Below are positions 1 to 12,939 of a stretch of DNA of 64,000 nucleotides, in pieces (the stretch's first letter is position 1; every line of letters begins with the position of its first letter). Under the pieces are notes generated by a model that was given only the letters and a program-made list of their open reading frames with translations, was not told where the DNA came from and made no database searches. A program made the translations under genes and the position numbers. This DNA comes from Perkinsus olseni (Eukaryota). The DNA lies in the NCBI GenBank assembly GCA_013115125.1, contig JABANN010000094.1:1-64000 (forward strand), in the 5' to 3' direction.

Positions 1-971
1 AAAGGGACAACCGTTGCGTATCGCGCACGCCCGGCGTCACAGTAATATAGTATCGAACCCGCGCTACCGCGCATCCATGCCGTGTTGGTGGTTCTGGGAC
101 TGATGGCGAATACTGCTAGCATGACGATTGAGTCGTGTGTGATCACGATTAGACTTGTCGGATTAGTGAACAGAGCCGGCATAGGTGCAACAACCAGCTC
201 TTCAGAACCTCCTTCTCAATTTCCTGTATAGTAACCATTGGTGTTCCACCAGAGCATTTCGCATTGCCGCCCCATAGTTGGTAACGCAGTACAAGGTGCT
301 CAGTTCGCATTGCTAACGTGGAATGACCCATCTGATCCCCAGCACCCGGAGTTCGTGCGAATGAGCTGAAGTTGTAGACAGAAACAGAGAAGAACTCCGT
401 CATGGTGGTTGGGATCTCCCGAAAAACAAATGCCGACAGTTTCCTTCTGGGCAGGGACTGTCAAGTCTAATGATCAGACCCTAATCCTGTCTCGTACGGG
501 CCATCAAATTGTGTAAGCATCACTTGAAGTAGGTAGCCACCAGCAGAGAATGGTGCTGACTCAGCTTGTTGAACAAGCCTTGTTTCGTTGAATATACCAC
601 TCCGCCTTCTCAAGCCCCTGAGTCGTTGCAAGCTCGATCCATTTGGAGGTACCTGAGGATCTGCTTCTGGAGCTTACGGTCCGGGAGGTGTGTCGCCGCC
701 CGAGGGACTCCTCGTGGCGCCATTTGTGTGGTACCTTGCGGTTACATTTGCGTGGCAGAACTGCCGCCTCATGTCTTCTCGAAAGCATCTGACGTGCGTT
801 TTGCGAGTGAGAATGAGAGTCCTGACGTTGCCACTGTTGGCATTGGCGAATCGACGATCCGCCAATTCGCCAATGGCTGATGGAGAATCGGGTGTTGCCA
901 AGTTGGCAATGCCAACACCATGTTGGGACGCAAGGGTTTCTCCGTCGTGTAGCTCTCTTCTCGTATTCCGA

Positions 972-2012
972 ATGGACAGTGAAGGTCAGCCAGCACCCGT
1001 GCAGATCGCCCAACCGACCGTCCTGCACCACAAGCTCGTCCTTCTAGGCGACGCCAGTGTTGGCAAGAGCTGCATAGTTGTCAGGTATAAGTCACTCAGT
1101 CCATACCGCAATGAACAAACTGATTCCACCTCTGTTCCCTCCGATTCAGAATCTGCCGGGCGTAGACTGCCTTTTTGAAGGTTCGCCCGTGGAGAGTTCT
1201 ATGAATATCAAGAGCCAACGATTGGGGCCGCCTTCATGACGCAGACTGTCAGCCCATTCCCCGATTCACCAGTTCAAATAAAGTTCGAGATCTGGGACAC
1301 AGCAGGACAGGAGCGGTACCGGAGCCTGGCTCCGATGTACTACAGGTAAGCCTTTGAAGAATTGTTGATGCATTGTGGTTTTTTGAACGGGGCATCTGGA
1401 TTTCCGCCTGAGCGTATGATGCGAGCCGGAAGTGGTGTATGACCCACCTAGGCCTAGTTTCGTGGCAATCTTATTGAGATGACCATAATGGTTGAGGAAG
1501 AATATACAACGAAACGTCAGCTTTCAGAGGTGCTGCAGCGGCCGTAGTCGTGTACGATATCACCAGCCGAGAGTCTTTTGAAGGGGCCAAGCGATGGGTC
1601 AATGAACTGCGCAGCTCTCACAACCCTGACGTTGTCATTGGTAAAACACTTAAGGAATTCCTTCGGTCTCTCGGCGCCATCGTCTCTCAGCTTTTTGTGG
1701 CAACAAGTCGGACCTGGCGGTGGAGCGGGAGGTCCCCACGCAGCGAGGGGCGGAGTATGCTCAAGAGAACAATCTGCTTTTCGTAGAGACCAGCGCCAAG
1801 ACGGGAGAAAATGTCCATCACATTTTTGTCGAAATTGGTAGGAGCTTCCGGTCGGCCCCTGTCACTTCTGCTGCCTAGCGAAGCTTCTGCCACACGAGCA
1901 GGAGCAAGACGCGATGAAGACTGGGGCATTCTCGGTCAACCGAAACAGGCCAGGTGGAGGCGCCCAAGGGCAGCCAGGGCGTGGCTGGTGCGGCGGCTGC
2001 GGCTCCCGCTGA
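972..2012 (+). CDS. RAB5: Rab5-family small GTPase (multi-exon)
   Basis: Spliced translation: [59 protein letters not shown]; ends GWCGGCGSR*. Confidence 0.93.
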
Positions 2013-2224
2013 GGTTTGAGGAGAATTAGACACAACATAGAGGGCAAATAACCATGATACAACTCTACTCTGCCGTAGTCAGCTAAAGCGCATGGTCTAG
2101 TGCCTTTTCCTGAGACCCGAGGCTTTTGCGTTCATAGCGTCAATATCAACCACTGCTAGGGCACTGTATCGAAAGAATGGTGCGGAGTGGTACCAAGACA
2201 GTCTTAGAGTGAGTTTTACAGTAA

Positions 2225-3793
2225 ATGACCGCGAAGATCGATGAGAAGCCTGCGGGTGATGTGGTGGCCATCCAAGAGGTACCCCCACCATCGCCACCCG
2301 ATTTCTCACTCGCCCCGTATACAGGATACGAAATACACCTCTCGCGTGGGATGGGCCATATTCATGTACGCGGCCTGCAGCAGCACCCTTCTTGTGAGCC
2401 ATCCGGTATCATCGTTGTCCTTGCAAGTCTCCCGTCAGATAGTCAACAAGTTGGCGGTGCACTCAATACCCTCCCCTTGCTTCGTTCTAGTGTGCCAGTT
2501 CCTTGCAACGGCATGTAGGGCGTTCGCGTAAAGCTTTCCCTCCCTTGCCCTACCTCAGTGTTTGTGAAGTTGTTCGCCAACTACTCGAAGGCTAACGTAG
2601 AGCTCATGCCGCTGGAGTACACGTTGACCCGGCGCTTCAGTGGTGGGGTCGCTCCGTTGTGGGTCACGCGCTCCAGTTTCGTGCTCAGGCGTTGTCGCGA
2701 TATTTTGTCTTTGCCTTTTCACGAATGTGAAAGCCTTGCAGTATGTTAACGTTGAGACCGTCATCGTGTTCAGGCGAGTGTGTATATATCGCTTGAAGCC
2801 AGTGCAGCCTTCACTCATCTCAGATCCTGCTCGCCGCTGGCAGTGACTTTCTTCGACTACTACTATCTGGGACGGGAACTGCCGAGTGGGAAGGTGAGAG
2901 GTTTGTTCATTGTTGCCGTTTTGATCATAGACGTCACGGTCATGAAGCGAGTAGCTCTCCCTTTTAGTCGTGGCTGGCCCTTTTTGGCATCGTCCTGGGT
3001 GCGTTCCTTTACATGGTCAGTGATGATGGAATGCAGGTGAGCCCATCATTCAGTAGGCGGGCCACGCCTCAAGGTCAGGTGCAAGGCTATTTCTGGGTCT
3101 CGCTTTACTTCCTGGCGATTGTCACTGAGATGGCCTTCGTCAAACACATCATCAACACAGGTAAGGCCACTCCACCCCAAACCCGCGACTCTCATCACGG
3201 TTTAGTTGCCATGTCGACATGGACCCGGGTCTACTACAACAACGTTCTGAGCATACCTGTTCTCGCCGTTGCAGCTGCGCTCAATGGCGAGCTTCGAACG
3301 TTGGCTCAGGACTATACTTGGACAGTTGAAGTACTCGGAAGGTGAACGACACTCTCCCATCGAACCAGCGTGCCTCAGGCCGTTCCTTCGTTGCTGGGCT
3401 CGTGCGTTATTGGAATCGGTATATCATTCTACGGATTCCATCTGCGAGAGCTGGTCACGGCCACGACTTTCACTGTGGTAAGGCAACCTCTCAGGTCTGG
3501 CTGAGTCATACCGAGATGGTCAGGTTGGTGTGTTGTGCAAAGTTGCCACGGTTCTGCTGAACCATGCCATATGGGACCACCACTCTAACATGGTTGGTTC
3601 GCTCGCTCTGCTCGGCTGTATAGCGGCAGGCACACAGTAAGGGACCCCGGTGATACAGGAGACACGCGCCCCAACCCTTGGGGGGTTCAGGTATCGCCAG
3701 GCCCCACCTCGCGAAGAGAAGACAGCTTCCGTTCCTGAGGCGAGGGACCTCGAGATGAATGAAGTGCAGTCTGCGAATGAAGAGACGGAATGA
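2225..3793 (+). CDS. Nucleotide-sugar (GDP-mannose/GDP-fucose-type, SLC35/GONST-like) transporter
   Basis: Many hydrophobic exons: CSSTLLV..NKLAV, LFTNVKALQYVNVETVIVFRSCSPLAV, TWTRVYYNNVLS, TATTFTVVG..CKVATV. Confidence 0.85.
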
Positions 3794-4116
3794 ATGTTGT
3801 TCCATACCAGTTGCAATGAAGTGGTTGTAACAAGTTTTGTTGCGTTTGCATAGCAAAAGAGAGTGCCGGAGGACTTTTCAATCCTGGAAATCCACCTGGA
3901 CTCCTCACGATTCGCTTATTCGCTCTATGTATACCGATTCGTGCTCCGCACTCAACAACACAAGTCAAACGCAGAGGAAACTCACGAATTCCGAACTGTA
4001 CAATTATTATAAACGTAATCATCCTTGACATTGAAGTTGCGGACGGCTCTAGCGTTGTGAGCAGCGGGATGCAGTGTTGTAGGCTTCTGAGGGACGGCTG
4101 ATGTCTTCGCATACCG

Positions 4117-5427
4117 TCACGTGGAGATCACCTCAAATGCCCTTGCCGAGTGCACCTTAGCCGCGGACTTGGACGCTTTGTTAAGTTCAGCGAGTACCGC
4201 TCTTCGACCGCTAATGGTGGGCTGCTTGCTCAGTAACGGAACTTGGACACAAACGACCCCGTCCTCAATTCTGTCACAGCGGAACGAACACGGCAGAGAG
4301 TACGAGCTGCGATCATCCCACTTATGGCTCTCGTTCTGGCTAGCGGACGCCTTCACCACATCGACTGGAACCTCATTGGTGAGCTGTGGTGACGCAGCAG
4401 CTGCGGAAATCGCTTCCGAGCAGCCTTCCCGGAGGAGGGCCAGACAGGCTTGGGCTGAGTCATCATCCTCGAGGTAACGCAGCAAGGACTGATAGAAGGC
4501 GTCCGAATGTGTATGAGCCGCCATTGCACACGGCCTTGGAGTCCACCGGTGCAGAGGCCCTTGCGCTGAGCCGAGGTTTCGACGAGTTTCACCTTGACAT
4601 TTCCTCGGCCCAAAACCTCCTCCCTGATATCAGCCTCGAGGGCGTTCAGCTTGCTACTGAGACGCTCGTAGGAACCCCTATACTGTTTTGTCAGTTGCTG
4701 TTGGTGGGTTAGCGAGGCTTTGAGAGTGTTGACTGTCTGGCTGAAGCCTTCCGCGTCCTCGGTCATTTGCTTAACGATGAGACGGAGGTCCTGCACCTGC
4801 AGGGGTCACACCAACGCTTCCTGAGTTTCCTCTACGAACGTGTCCACCTCGGCTTCCAGGGCGACTGAAGTTGAGTCGACCTTAGCCAAGTGCTGCGGCT
4901 GAGTACCTGAGGCAAGCCAAGCTTCATCGAGACCGTGTGGACCACGTTTATTGCCTTCATCCCATCGCAGCGAATCAGCACCCTCTGCGCCAATCGCCGA
5001 AAGGAGGCTGGGCGAGAATACCGGCGTCACGACTGGCTGGACGCTCAGGCTTGGTAAGGCCACTGGCGATGGGACGGGCACAGGGTCGACTTGCAGGTTA
5101 GGAGCCCCGCGGCGGGCCGCCATGACGTCCTCCAGGCGCATACTGGCCGCCTCAGCTCGCAGTAGCCCTCGGTCGTTGTCAGCACTCTGTTGGATGAGGA
5201 GGCTCTGACAGTCGTCGAGCCTCCGGGAGAGGGCGGAGAGGCTGGCGAAGGAGAGCACGTCAAGGGGATGCCGAGGGGTGTTTCTTACTCCTCATCCCGC
5301 TGTCGCCTGACCTTCTGCAGCTCCATTTGCAGTCTCAGTATCTGCTATGCCGAGCGAGAGGGGCTCCGAAGCGGCGCGCGGAGGCCTCACTGACTTGTTC
5401 GTGCTCTGTTGAGCTGTCAGCTTCCAT
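4117..5427 (-). CDS. Hypothetical coiled-coil protein (multi-exon)
   Basis: ORFs 4117-4524, 4353-4796 and 4806-5258 join through short introns; heptad-rich segments such as LRLQMELQKVRRQ and LSSKLNALEADIREE. Confidence 0.55.
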
Positions 5428-5576
5428 GGCTGGAGTCTTCTGATGGGTGGAAGACTTGGCTCGAGGGAGGAGGGGACGAGTATTGCGATAGATGGTATGG
5501 CAAGAAGCCTGGCTACTGGCCGACCAACACAGAGAGCATACGGAGTAGCAAGAAACATCCACATGAAGGTGAACAT

Positions 5577-7966
5577 TCATCGACTCGTCTCACTAAGAGC
5601 GGCGATTTCGGACGCTAGCTCTCGAATTCGCCCCAGATCAACGTTCTCGGAGTTCAACAGCCTCTTGAGACGCTTATAGGGCGACGGCAGGCTGCGGACG
5701 CCCTTCTTCGAGCTCACTGCCTCCGACCATCCCGCGGCGAACTTCACACGGAGAGCGGCGGGAATCTCGCAGCTAGCGACAACATCGGTCGTCTTCAGCC
5801 AAAGGTCGGATAGTATCTACTCTCAAGCAGCTCCAACCTCGCTAGAAAGCGCCCCTTACACCGGCTCTCCTTGCTAGTATGTCGATGACGGGCCTGCTCT
5901 CGTCCAGCCGCCGATGGACTGGGCACGTCGATAGGATGTGTAGCAGCTGCAGCCAGGGAGCCTGCAAAGGCCAGTCGAGACCTGCCCGTCGCAGCCCAGG
6001 ACGGGTCACAGGCTTACACTCGCCTCGAAGTCACTATCCTCACTAAGTTTCTTCTCGGCAAAGATGAGCAGGGCGCGGAGCATTCGGTCGCCAGCGGCAG
6101 AAGGGACGACCGCAGAGGCCCCGGAAAGCAGAACCAGGATCCTGCCTAAGCCCGACTTTAACCGCATCGAAGACTTCACCCTTCCTTCGGCTAGTAGAGT
6201 CGGCGCAACCCTTCGAAGTGCGTCGCACGGGCGAGGCCGCAGCATCGCCAAAAACCAAGGTACCGACTCGGCATCACATCCTCCCATAGTAGATACGACG
6301 GCGGACGTCAGAGCAGGGTCAGAGAGGATATGGTCCGGAAGGACTTTGAGAACAGCAGTGGTGAACCCTGAGATGTTGCCCTCTAGTTGGTAGCACAAAC
6401 ATGACATAATAGTCGGACGGGTCGAGGCTAAGGCGGCGAAGGCCAGCGCCAGTCGGTCCACAGCCAACCCTGCCGTCCTCCTCCCTAGTTCAGCTAGCAG
6501 CCGCGCATGCCGGTCCCCGAACGCCGGGTTGGCATCTCCCATATGGACCAGGACCTCAGCGGCGAAGAAACGTAGCGGAACGGCTTCGCAGAGCGTCCAG
6601 CGAGCCAGCTCGCAGTGCCAAGCTGTACCATTACACGCTAGAGCACAAGCGAGAGGGAGGCCTCCGTTGCGACTAGGACACTTGTGAACCTCATCAGAGC
6701 GATCGTCAGTGATCTCGTCAAGAAGGAGCCTCAGGATGAGTCGCCCGGCCAACTGAGGTTCGCACTTCCGGGAGAGCAGATGGCAACACAGAAGGAGTCG
6801 GCGGAGCGGAAGCGCCTCCGAAATTTCATGCAGCTCCCCGCCCAGTATCTCGCGCCAGAAGCATGTGACCAGTATCATTGTTATCTCTCGGAAAAGCTTG
6901 GCGTGAATCTCAGCGCTCGTCGATCGGTCTGCCTCCACAAGGCCTTGTACAGCCCAGATGAGCTTGTCGGTGAGCTCAGCATCTGCTGCCACCAGGCAGG
7001 CGTCTCGTGTGGCGGCGCTGGCGCTCTTGTCTAGGAGTCGCCTGTGCGTCCTCAAAGCCACAAAATGCTGGTTCAGCCCTGCCGCTGAGTTGCCCCCCTC
7101 GAGGGCCTCTGCGATGCTCCGCAAGTGTCCGATCACTCCCTGGATGGAAATCGGGAGGAGGTCGGCTTCTATCGCAAAATGCTCTTCCACTGCGGCGTTG
7201 ATAAGCTTCACATTAGTAGGAATAACGATGCAGTACTCAGCCACCACTTCCCTCAGAGCCTCCAGAGCAGGGATGGCGCTCACTAAGGAGGCCACGGCGC
7301 TGCTACAGGAAACTGGGGCGACGGGCAGGGCCCTGATGATAGGCTCCAGTGCCCGGACTGTAGGCGGCGGATGGGCCTCTGAAACCCAGGACGCTAAAGC
7401 TTGGCAGACATCCGGGGTCCATGAGGAGGCGCGCTTCGACAAGAAGCGGGTTGCATGCACCGATAGGTTGCCGAGTTTAGGAAGGACGGTGGCCACCAAG
7501 GGAGTCAAGTCAGCTGGGTGGACCGCTGCTGTCGGCAGAGACTCGAGTGCCTGAATACGATGGTCCTGCTCGACTGCTACGCTGCGGGGTGCGGGGTAAC
7601 CTCAGCGAAGGCCTGGAGCTGCCCCTCGGACACTGTGTCCCAGGCGTTGGGCTCCGCAAGGGCGCTGTGGGCCTCCTCCAGCCACTTGTACTTATCTTGT
7701 GACTTCGAGAAGGAGCTCAGCACGTTGCCAAGCGTGAGCCCTGAGTTGACTGAGGTAGGAGCGACCAAGCACCCAGCTGGCTTCATCAGGCCAGTGCGGG
7801 AAGGAGAGGTAGGAGCAGCAGCCTCACCTCTGACCTGGGCCGCGGACTTGCTGGGCGTATGCAGGAAAGTTCGCTGGGAACTGAATATGCCCCGAAGGCG
7901 GTTCGCAGGAGTGAAGCCGATTGGACTCCTCTGTGGAGGCACCCGAGAGCGCCTGGATGACGACAT
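5577..7966 (-). CDS. Hypothetical alpha-helical (ARM/HEAT-like) protein
   Basis: 500-aa Leu/Ala-rich ORF 6006-7508, extended at both ends through GT-AG introns to a stop at 5577. Confidence 0.6.
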
Positions 7967-8149
7967 TCTCTTATGAACCGCCGAGTGAAGATATGCCAAC
8001 TGTCGTACGCAATTCTGATGCCGGGCGGCTCGCGAAGCTCAAGGAGCGCTGGGCTGTTGTTCTTTCTGGCCTATTAACGACACAATAGGGCTATGGTTGA
8101 TAACAAGTCAAATTCATGAAAACAAAAGTCAGTGTACAATACTGTACTT

Positions 8150-11100
8150 CTATGAGACTCTCTCGCCGGTCAGACCAGAGAAGATATCCCGCAGGAGCTC
8201 AGCGTCCTCTTCCTCGTCAGTTCGTCGACTCAGCGTCCACATCGCCTCCTCGACCGTCCTGCACGAGACGAAGTGCCACACAGTGGCCTCTTTCTCCTGC
8301 CCCACCCGCCAGATCCTCGCGGCGGCCTGGGCCGTTTGGGAGTACTTCGCGGGGGGCTCTAGGAGGATCGCATGCGAGGCCACGGTAAGATTCAGGCCTT
8401 GACCGGCAGATGCTAGTGGGCAGAGGAGCACTCGAACTCGACCGTCGAAGAATCTTTCAACCATCTTCAGCCGGCCGACGGACCAGAACACAAAGGGGAC
8501 CTTGTTGGTCTTGAGGGCCGAGCCCAACAAGTGCAGGACCGGGACCCACTTGGAGAACACGCACACAGACTCGCCTAAGGTCTCCGTGATGTGCTTGACC
8601 AGAAGGGTGACACTCGAGATCCGAGTGCCCCACTGACCGACCAGCTGTTGCGTAGCGTCCATGGCCTTCAGGGCCACCTCGGGTATCGGGGTGAAGATCT
8701 CATTGAAGACGGACTCTTCGCAGAGGCTCTCGCTCGGGGCGGGGGAGCTGTCGGCTTCCTCGGGCTCTGGGGGCTCGCCGGCAATGTGGCCAATCTCGTT
8801 GCGACGTGTGAAGACTCGGCACTCAGGGCAGCGGAGACTTCCTCGTCCTCTCTGGAGGAGAATCGTGATGCACTGCTGACAGTAGCTGTGACCGCAGGGG
8901 AGCATACACACCGTCGTCGGCTTCTCAGTGGCACATACTGGGCAGAGTTCGAGACCCGGACGATCTTCGGACTCGGTAGGGAGCTGTGTTTTCAGAAACC
9001 TGCACAGCGGAAGATGACACTACACGTCCAGTAGCGCAACAAATTCACAAAGGCCTCATCGTGAACGAGGAAGAGAGCGGCCGGCCACAAGGAGACAGTG
9101 GATCCTCAGCGTGTCACTCACCGCAAATGCCCAAGGTTTCGCCTCAGTTTGACTTCGGCATCGTTCTCTTCCGCCTGCAGCTCGACAAGTTTGAGCTCAA
9201 GTTCCTCAGGCCCCCACACGATGAGGGCTTGGTCTAGGTCCCAGGACTCAATCTGTCCATTCTGTGGCCGCACATCGCCGTCCGAAGGCCACCGGTAGGC
9301 GAGGCGAGCCTGCCTGAGCTCGTCGTAGCAGCCAAATCGATATCTGCAGGCCTCGCACCAGCTTCGCAGGCAGGCCATGATGCCTTGTATCAATCTGAAG
9401 TACCTGACATGCTGTAAATGGGGGAAGGCTTAACCGACCGCTGCGTGGGCTTACTTGAACAAGTCGGAGCCGGTGGCTGCTTCATAACCGATCTTTTTGA
9501 ACCGCGAAAGCCTCGCGACCCTCTGATACCCCTCGAAGTGCGGGTTCAACCGACAGAAGAAACACGATCGGCCCGGCCGTCCTTTCCCTCGACACTTCTC
9601 GCAGCAGATGCTCTCCGTGACCAAGTGCTCCGGGGGAGAGTCCAGAGGGATGCCCTCCAACGCTTCAACTATTTTCCCTACATGGCCGTCAATCTCCTGA
9701 AGACGAGGAAAAGGCAAAGTCCAATCCGCTGAAAGCTGAGCCGTCTCACTCGGAGATCCTGCTGAAAGTAGGCAGCTGCCATGGGGCCCTGCAGCGTGGG
9801 AGTCGCCACCAGCCACCACTGGCTGGAGTCCGAGGGCAGCTGTTCCCGTAGCTTGTAGTAGTTGGCTGAATGAACTCGGATAGGGACGGAGGTAGCGGCC
9901 AGAAACCTGTAATGGCACGATGAGAGGGAACCAACAAAATAAGGCAGGGACGCACCTCTCGGTCTCTCCCTCTACCTCACGAGGGCTCACTTCGGAGTGA
10001 ACCAAGGCGTGTATCTTCTGAACCTTATCAACCCGCGTGCCGAATTTTCTCTCAGCCTCCAACGCCTTGCTGTATAGCAACCTAGCCTCGGCCTCGTCTT
10101 CTCCCTTCAACTTCAACAGCCCAGCCTGGCCATTCCAGGCCGCCACGAGGTTCCTCAAGGCCTCCTCAGCCCTGTTCGTCGCACCGGCCATCAGCGCCTT
10201 CACGTTCTGCTCGAAGGTGCTGTATTTAACATCAGTAAAGTTCTTCGCCTTCCTCCCCGTGTAAGACGTCTTCTGCTTCATTCGCAAGTCCTGGTGGACG
10301 CATTGCAGCTGCAGCAGCCGCGTGAGGTCCCACAAGTAGGTGACAGCGTTCCTCGAAGCGCCGCGCTTCGCCAGAGACCCCTGGGCCTCCTTCCGTATGG
10401 ACTCCTCCAGCCGACGGTAGCCAAACATCTCCACCGCTGATAGCTCCTGCCAGACCACATGCTGGACAAGACCATGCATCTTCAGTTGGTCCAGCACGTC
10501 CACCTTCCACACTCGCCACAGCAGGCTCTTCATCAACGGCAGCAGCCTGCGCACTCCTCCCTGGGAGTCTTGAATGGCCTTCACATCCGTACCATCGAGT
10601 GGCACTCGCAAAAACTCCAGTACTGGCCGCAGATCCCCTCGGGTCATCGGGGTTCCGGTCACCGCCCATCGGTTAGTGGCCACCAGCCTTCTTAGCATCC
10701 GACAGGCTCCACTGTGGCCGCCCTCAGTCATCTGAGCCTCATCCATAACGAGCCGCCACCATCTCACCCGAAGAAGGGCTGATGGCGTCCGAGTAGAGCT
10801 GGACTGGCGACGGTATCGGAGCGCATGGCGGCTGTCCCACTCGGCCGACTCAGTCCGCAGGAGGCTGGCGCCCAGGACGGTGTATGATACCAATACAATG
10901 TCAGCGGAAACGATATCGGGTAGGCTGGGGTGGACTCCCTGCTCGTTCTCAGCGTAGACTACTAGGCGCATGGCCTGTGCGTGACGACCGATCTCCCGGA
11001 CCCACTGCTGAAGTAAACTCGCTGGCACAACCACGAGCGTGGCGGCTACCGGGAGGAGCTTGACGCGGGCACGGTGGAGGCAGTTGAGGCACACGAACGG

Positions 11101-12579
11101 CTGACCTTCCACCGTCGGAGTGTAGCCAACACACTGCTGATGATGCCAACTATCGCAGACATCACAGGCCACCCAGGATGCACCGGCAGCCCCAGCCTCG
11201 TCGCAGGTCAGACACCACGATCCCTCTATTGGGACCTCAGCAACGTCGGAGATCTCCGGGTAGCCAAACGCTTCCCTGAAGGCGCGAGCCTTCTCCGGGT
11301 GGTACTCGTCCAGCCACGACACTGACCGCTCCCGTTTGCCGGGGGGCGCAGCAGCAGACTTCGCGTACCCGTCCTGGAGCAGGTAGGTGGCGTGAAGATC
11401 GGCGACCTCCCGGCGAAGCTTCCGGGTCTCGACATCACGGCGGTCAGTGAGATCATCGCTGTCTTCCAGTTCACGGAGAGCTCCTTGCTGAGAGGCATAG
11501 AAGTCGTTCAACACTTCAGCCGGCGATCGACCGTCCGATGGGTAGGGCCGAGTCGTCAACAAGGCCAGGACCTCCACGGTCTTACCGAGGCCCATCTCGT
11601 CGCAGAGCATACCGCCACGGACGGAAGCCAATCTCAAAGAAACAGCCGATCTGCTCACCCCTGGCAGCCGGGGGTTGATGAAAACATCGTCGAGTGGGAA
11701 CCATGAGGGATGAGGGACCCTCTGGTCGGATGGTCGTGCTTCCGCCTGGTGCATCCAGGCCACTGTGTGTCGTTGGAAGTCGAGAAGAGTACAGGCCAGC
11801 CGGTCTTCCCCGCTCAAGGGGACAGCCTCATCAAGCGGGCATTCTCCTGGAGGTTTCACCGCAGCCAGAAACTCCTCAGTACCGACTTCAAGATCCACGC
11901 CGACCGGTGGTTCTCGACGAGTAGCAGCCGCCCAGCCAAGCACAGTACCGAGCTCCCTCCGCCTGGCCGCCGTGAGGCTGTTCGCGATGCGCCTAGCTCC
12001 TCGCCTATCCTCCGCCACGAAGCCTGGAGCGATGCCAAGCTCGAACTTGACCTTTTTGTTGTCGAGGTTGACCGCCCTCACCGCAAGCACCCCGTGCTGC
12101 TGCAGTGACCGAAGTGAGTTGAGCACCCTCTCAGTCACTCCCGACCCCACAATACACGCACAAGCCTCGGCGTCGTCTGCGGCGGCGGAAGCCATGATGA
12201 CGCGACCACCCTCATGGAGAGCCGTAATGATGCACTTGCTAGTCTCCGACCAAAAGCCATCGCCGACCCAGGACACCAGGAGACAGGCCACGTCACAACA
12301 GTAGTTGAACTCCTTCCGACTAGGAGTCACGCATTTCTTCCTCGGAGAGGACTTTCTCCTCGAGGCAGGCTTCCTTTTCGGCGCTGAGCTCCTGCGCTCG
12401 CCGTTAGTAGGCACGGTCGGAGAATTGCCGGAATGATCTGAGTCTGCGGAACCCGCGAGTACTGCAGACAGAACCGGAAAGGAGGTGGCCGGACATGGCC
12501 CGAGGGGAGAAGATGCCGCCGTAATGCTCTCGGCAGCACTGAGTATGGCACGTTTAGGGACAGCTTTGAGTCGAGGCAT
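8150..12579 (-). CDS. SHPRH: SHPRH-like SNF2 helicase / E3 ligase (SNF2_N, PHD, RING, HELICc)
   Basis: GGMLCDEMGLGKTVE; PHD (WVACDVCDSWHHQQCVG..CLNC); WWRLVMDEAQM; WAVTGTP; RING (LPCGHSYC..CPECR); GQGLNLTVA..QAAARIWRVGQ. Confidence 0.88.
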
Positions 12580-12939
12580 CCCCAAGTGGACTAGTATAGG
12601 GAGGTGGGGCCGGATGCATACGAATGAAAACTATAAGAACACGGCTGTTCGGTCGTTGCGGGTGACGCGAATTGCAGCAGACCTCTAGAAGGTGAAGAGA
12701 GTCCAAACGAAGCTACAAAGGGGAATCTCAACCTGGCGAGGAAGGAGGGAAGAGCGTGTATCAGAATCTCTTAACTGCGTAAGACACCTGTCTCGTACGA
12801 TTTTGAGAGGAGAAGAGATGCGCCCTCAGAGAAACTCAATGCGTGGGGTGATGAAAAGACTCACTCATTGGCTTGCGCCATCGGGGAAGGGTTATTATCC
12901 TCACTCATCGAAACGTCTGAGTCAACTTGCCGCCCTACA

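Noticed and set aside
1-950. Several overlapping ORFs upstream of Rab5
   Set aside because: No consistent exon chain or recognisable motif; a gene may be present but cannot be supported.
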